This document shows, in pieces, positions 62,219 to 64,000 of a stretch of 64,000 bases of DNA (position 1 is the first letter of the stretch; each line of letters starts with the position of its first letter). Made by a program: the position numbers and the translations under genes. The DNA comes from Bacillota bacterium (lineage in GTDB: Bacteria; Bacillota; DTU025). A model generated the notes under the pieces. That model was not told the origin of the DNA. It searched no databases and was given only the letters and a program-made list of their open reading frames with translations. The stretch lies in contig JBMNJT010000002.1 of the NCBI GenBank assembly GCA_050951805.1, forward strand, positions 864,001-928,000, given 5' to 3'.

Positions 62219-63240
62219 ATACGGCTCAGAAGTCGAATGTGGTTGAGCATGGCGAGGTCATACTTCAGGTAAGAGATCTCGTCAAACACTTCCCTGTCCG
62301 CATGGGGTTCTGGCAGTCGATGAAGACAAAGGAACAGCCGGTATTGCGCGCGGTGGACGGGGTAAGCCTTGATGTGTACAAAGGCGAAGTTTTGGGCTTG
62401 GTGGGCGAATCGGGTTGTGGAAAAACCACCCTGGCCAGAACGATTCTGAGGCTTACTGATGCAACATCCGGTGAGGCGATTCTGGAAGGCCAGAACATCT
62501 TCGATCTTAACGAGGCGGAGATGAAGAAGCTGCGTCGGAAGATGCAGATCATATTCCAGGACCCTTATGAATCGATGAACCCGCGTATGGACGTTCAGAC
62601 GGTTATAGCCGAACCCCTGATTCTGCAGGGGCTTGCCTCATCGGCTCACGATGCACGCGACGTTGTGGCATCTGTCCTTGCTGATGTGGAGATGGTTCCG
62701 CCCGAGGAATACATGGGAAGATATCCACATGAGCTTTCCGGCGGACAGCGCCAGAGGGTTGCTGTGGCACGAGCGTTGAGCGTGGATCCTGATTTTATAG
62801 TCGCAGACGAGCCGGTCTCGATGCTGGACGTATCGATCAGGGGTGAAGTGCTCAACTTGATGCTAAGGCTTTCGCGGACTAGAGGGGTCACGTTTATCTA
62901 CATTACCCATGACCTTGCCACTGCACGGCATATATGTGATAGGATAGCCGTGATGTACCTCGGCAAGATCGTGGAAATGGGGACGGCTGATGAAGTCATC
63001 CAGACTCCTTTGCATCCTTACACAACGGCTCTGATCGGAGCGGTGTTCGTGCCCGATCCGAGGCATCGCGGGTTTGCAGAGGTTCTGAAGGGCGAGATAC
63101 CGAGCCCCGTGAACCCGCCACAAGGATGTCGGTTGCATCCTAGATGTCCGTATACGATGGACATATGTAAACAGGTTGAGCCTCCGTTGGTGCTCCATGA
63201 AGGCACTCATCAGGTAGCGTGCCATAGGGCAGAGCGTTAG
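62206..63240 (+). CDS. Opp/Dpp ABC ATP-binding protein F
   Basis: GESGCGKTT, FQDPYES, LSGGQRQR. Confidence 0.94.
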   Translation: MGAVNTAQKSNVVEHGEVILQVRDLVKHFPVRMGFWQSMKTKEQPVLRAVDGVSLDVYKGEVLGLVGESGCGKTTLARTILRLTDATSGEAILEGQNIFDLNEAEMKKLRRKMQIIFQDPYESMNPRMDVQTVIAEPLILQGLASSAHDARDVVASVLADVEMVPPEEYMGRYPHELSGGQRQRVAVARALSVDPDFIVADEPVSMLDVSIRGEVLNLMLRLSRTRGVTFIYITHDLATARHICDRIAVMYLGKIVEMGTADEVIQTPLHPYTTALIGAVFVPDPRHRGFAEVLKGEIPSPVNPPQGCRLHPRCPYTMDICKQVEPPLVLHEGTHQVACHRAER

Positions 63241-63291
63241 TTACGGATATAAGGCGCCTCGCTTGGGACTGTTCGAACCAGGTCTGTCTAA

Positions 63292-63320
63292 GCACCTTCT
63301 TGGTGCAATAGGCATATATT
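63292..63320 (+). promoter_or_regulatory. Sigma-K-type (mother-cell) promoter
   Basis: GCAC-N17-CATATATT matches AC-N16/17-CATAnnnT. Confidence 0.5.
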
Positions 63321-63355
63321 TGGTTCGAGGGACGGTCGCAAGCGAGGTGTTTTTT

Positions 63356-64000
63356 ATGCCTGAAGGAGAGTATCGTAGCCCCAGACACTGTTGCGCGGGG
63401 GACCAGGAGGTAGGTGCAATTGCGGCCTGCTACGGGGTTTCGGTCTCTGCGTTGCTGGAGCTCAACCCTTGGCTGAGCCCTGGAGAGATGCTTGCAGAAG
63501 GCGACGTGCTAGTGCTTCCTGCTGTCCATGGACTTGATGGATCTATTGCAGCCATTTCGGACCGGTATGGCGGCCCTGGGCTGTTGATCTTCAACGCCGA
63601 AGACTGGTCATCAAAGATGCTTGCTTCGGTCGGGTGCTCTTGGGCCTCGGTTGCCGCGCTTTCGCCTGATGGCCGCCTTGTGGCGATCCAAGGCGCGGAC
63701 GGTAAGATCCATATTGTTGACGTGCACGCCGACTTGGATCGGGCTATTACTCAGCCCCTAGCGGGACTGGTCACCCCGAGGTGGTCGCCGAGCGGCGAGA
63801 GCATAATGTATGAGATTGATGCGCACGTGTACGTCGTTGATGCCGATTCGGGAGCAATGAAGCAATCATTCGAAGGGCAGTTCGCTTCTTGGCTTGGGGA
63901 CGGCTACAGAATTGCCTATGTACACTCCGGTAATGTAATCATGCGAGAAATGGCGGATGGAAGCGGTGTGTTGTTAACCGATGCGCCGGAGCGGGTTTGC
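63356..64000 (+). CDS. LysM domain + TolB/PD40-like beta-propeller protein (3'-truncated, absent from ORF track)
   Basis: 'IA..YGVSV.ALL.LNP.L...L..G.VL.LP' LysM, then 'LSPDGRLVA', 'PRWSPSGESI', 'SWLGDG.RIAY'. SD GAGGTG. Confidence 0.8.
   Translation, partial: MPEGEYRSPRHCCAGDQEVGAIAACYGVSVSALLELNPWLSPGEMLAEGDVLVLPAVHGLDGSIAAISDRYGGPGLLIFNAEDWSSKMLASVGCSWASVAALSPDGRLVAIQGADGKIHIVDVHADLDRAITQPLAGLVTPRWSPSGESIMYEIDAHVYVVDADSGAMKQSFEGQFASWLGDGYRIAYVHSGNVIMREMADGSGVLLTDAPERVC

Overview
Chromosomal 64-kb segment of an anaerobic, endospore-forming Bacillota member. It carries spmAB and cotJABC with sigma-E/K/H-type promoters, and may be diderm (Limnochordia-like), which is an inference only. In order it contains: a glycogen/alpha-glucan block (PGM/PMM-like C-terminus, two divergent GH57 branching enzymes, DUF4912); rapZ-yvcK-[spmBA]-whiA-rpoN-cggR-gap-pgk-tpiA-eno; an S58 peptidase with a PanT-like ECF S component; an intact ISLre2 element with a 9-bp target duplication; secG-HD-smpB-ssrA; a selenocysteine peroxiredoxin split in the ORF track by an in-frame TGA; a decayed pilin region; rnhC, fprA and a macrodomain gene; a LacI/sugar-ABC/TreT cluster; pckA; cotJABC; DUF4438-add-MFS; ndk-yhaM; and two family-5 (Opp/Dpp-type) ABC operons. 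The most unusual observation is a tandem pair of circularly permuted family-5 solute-binding proteins, served by a DppC permease with a very large acidic extracytoplasmic insertion. A canonical-order binding protein lies nearby, and all three binding-protein genes share a sigma-H-type promoter. All calls come from reading motifs by eye; no database searches were run.
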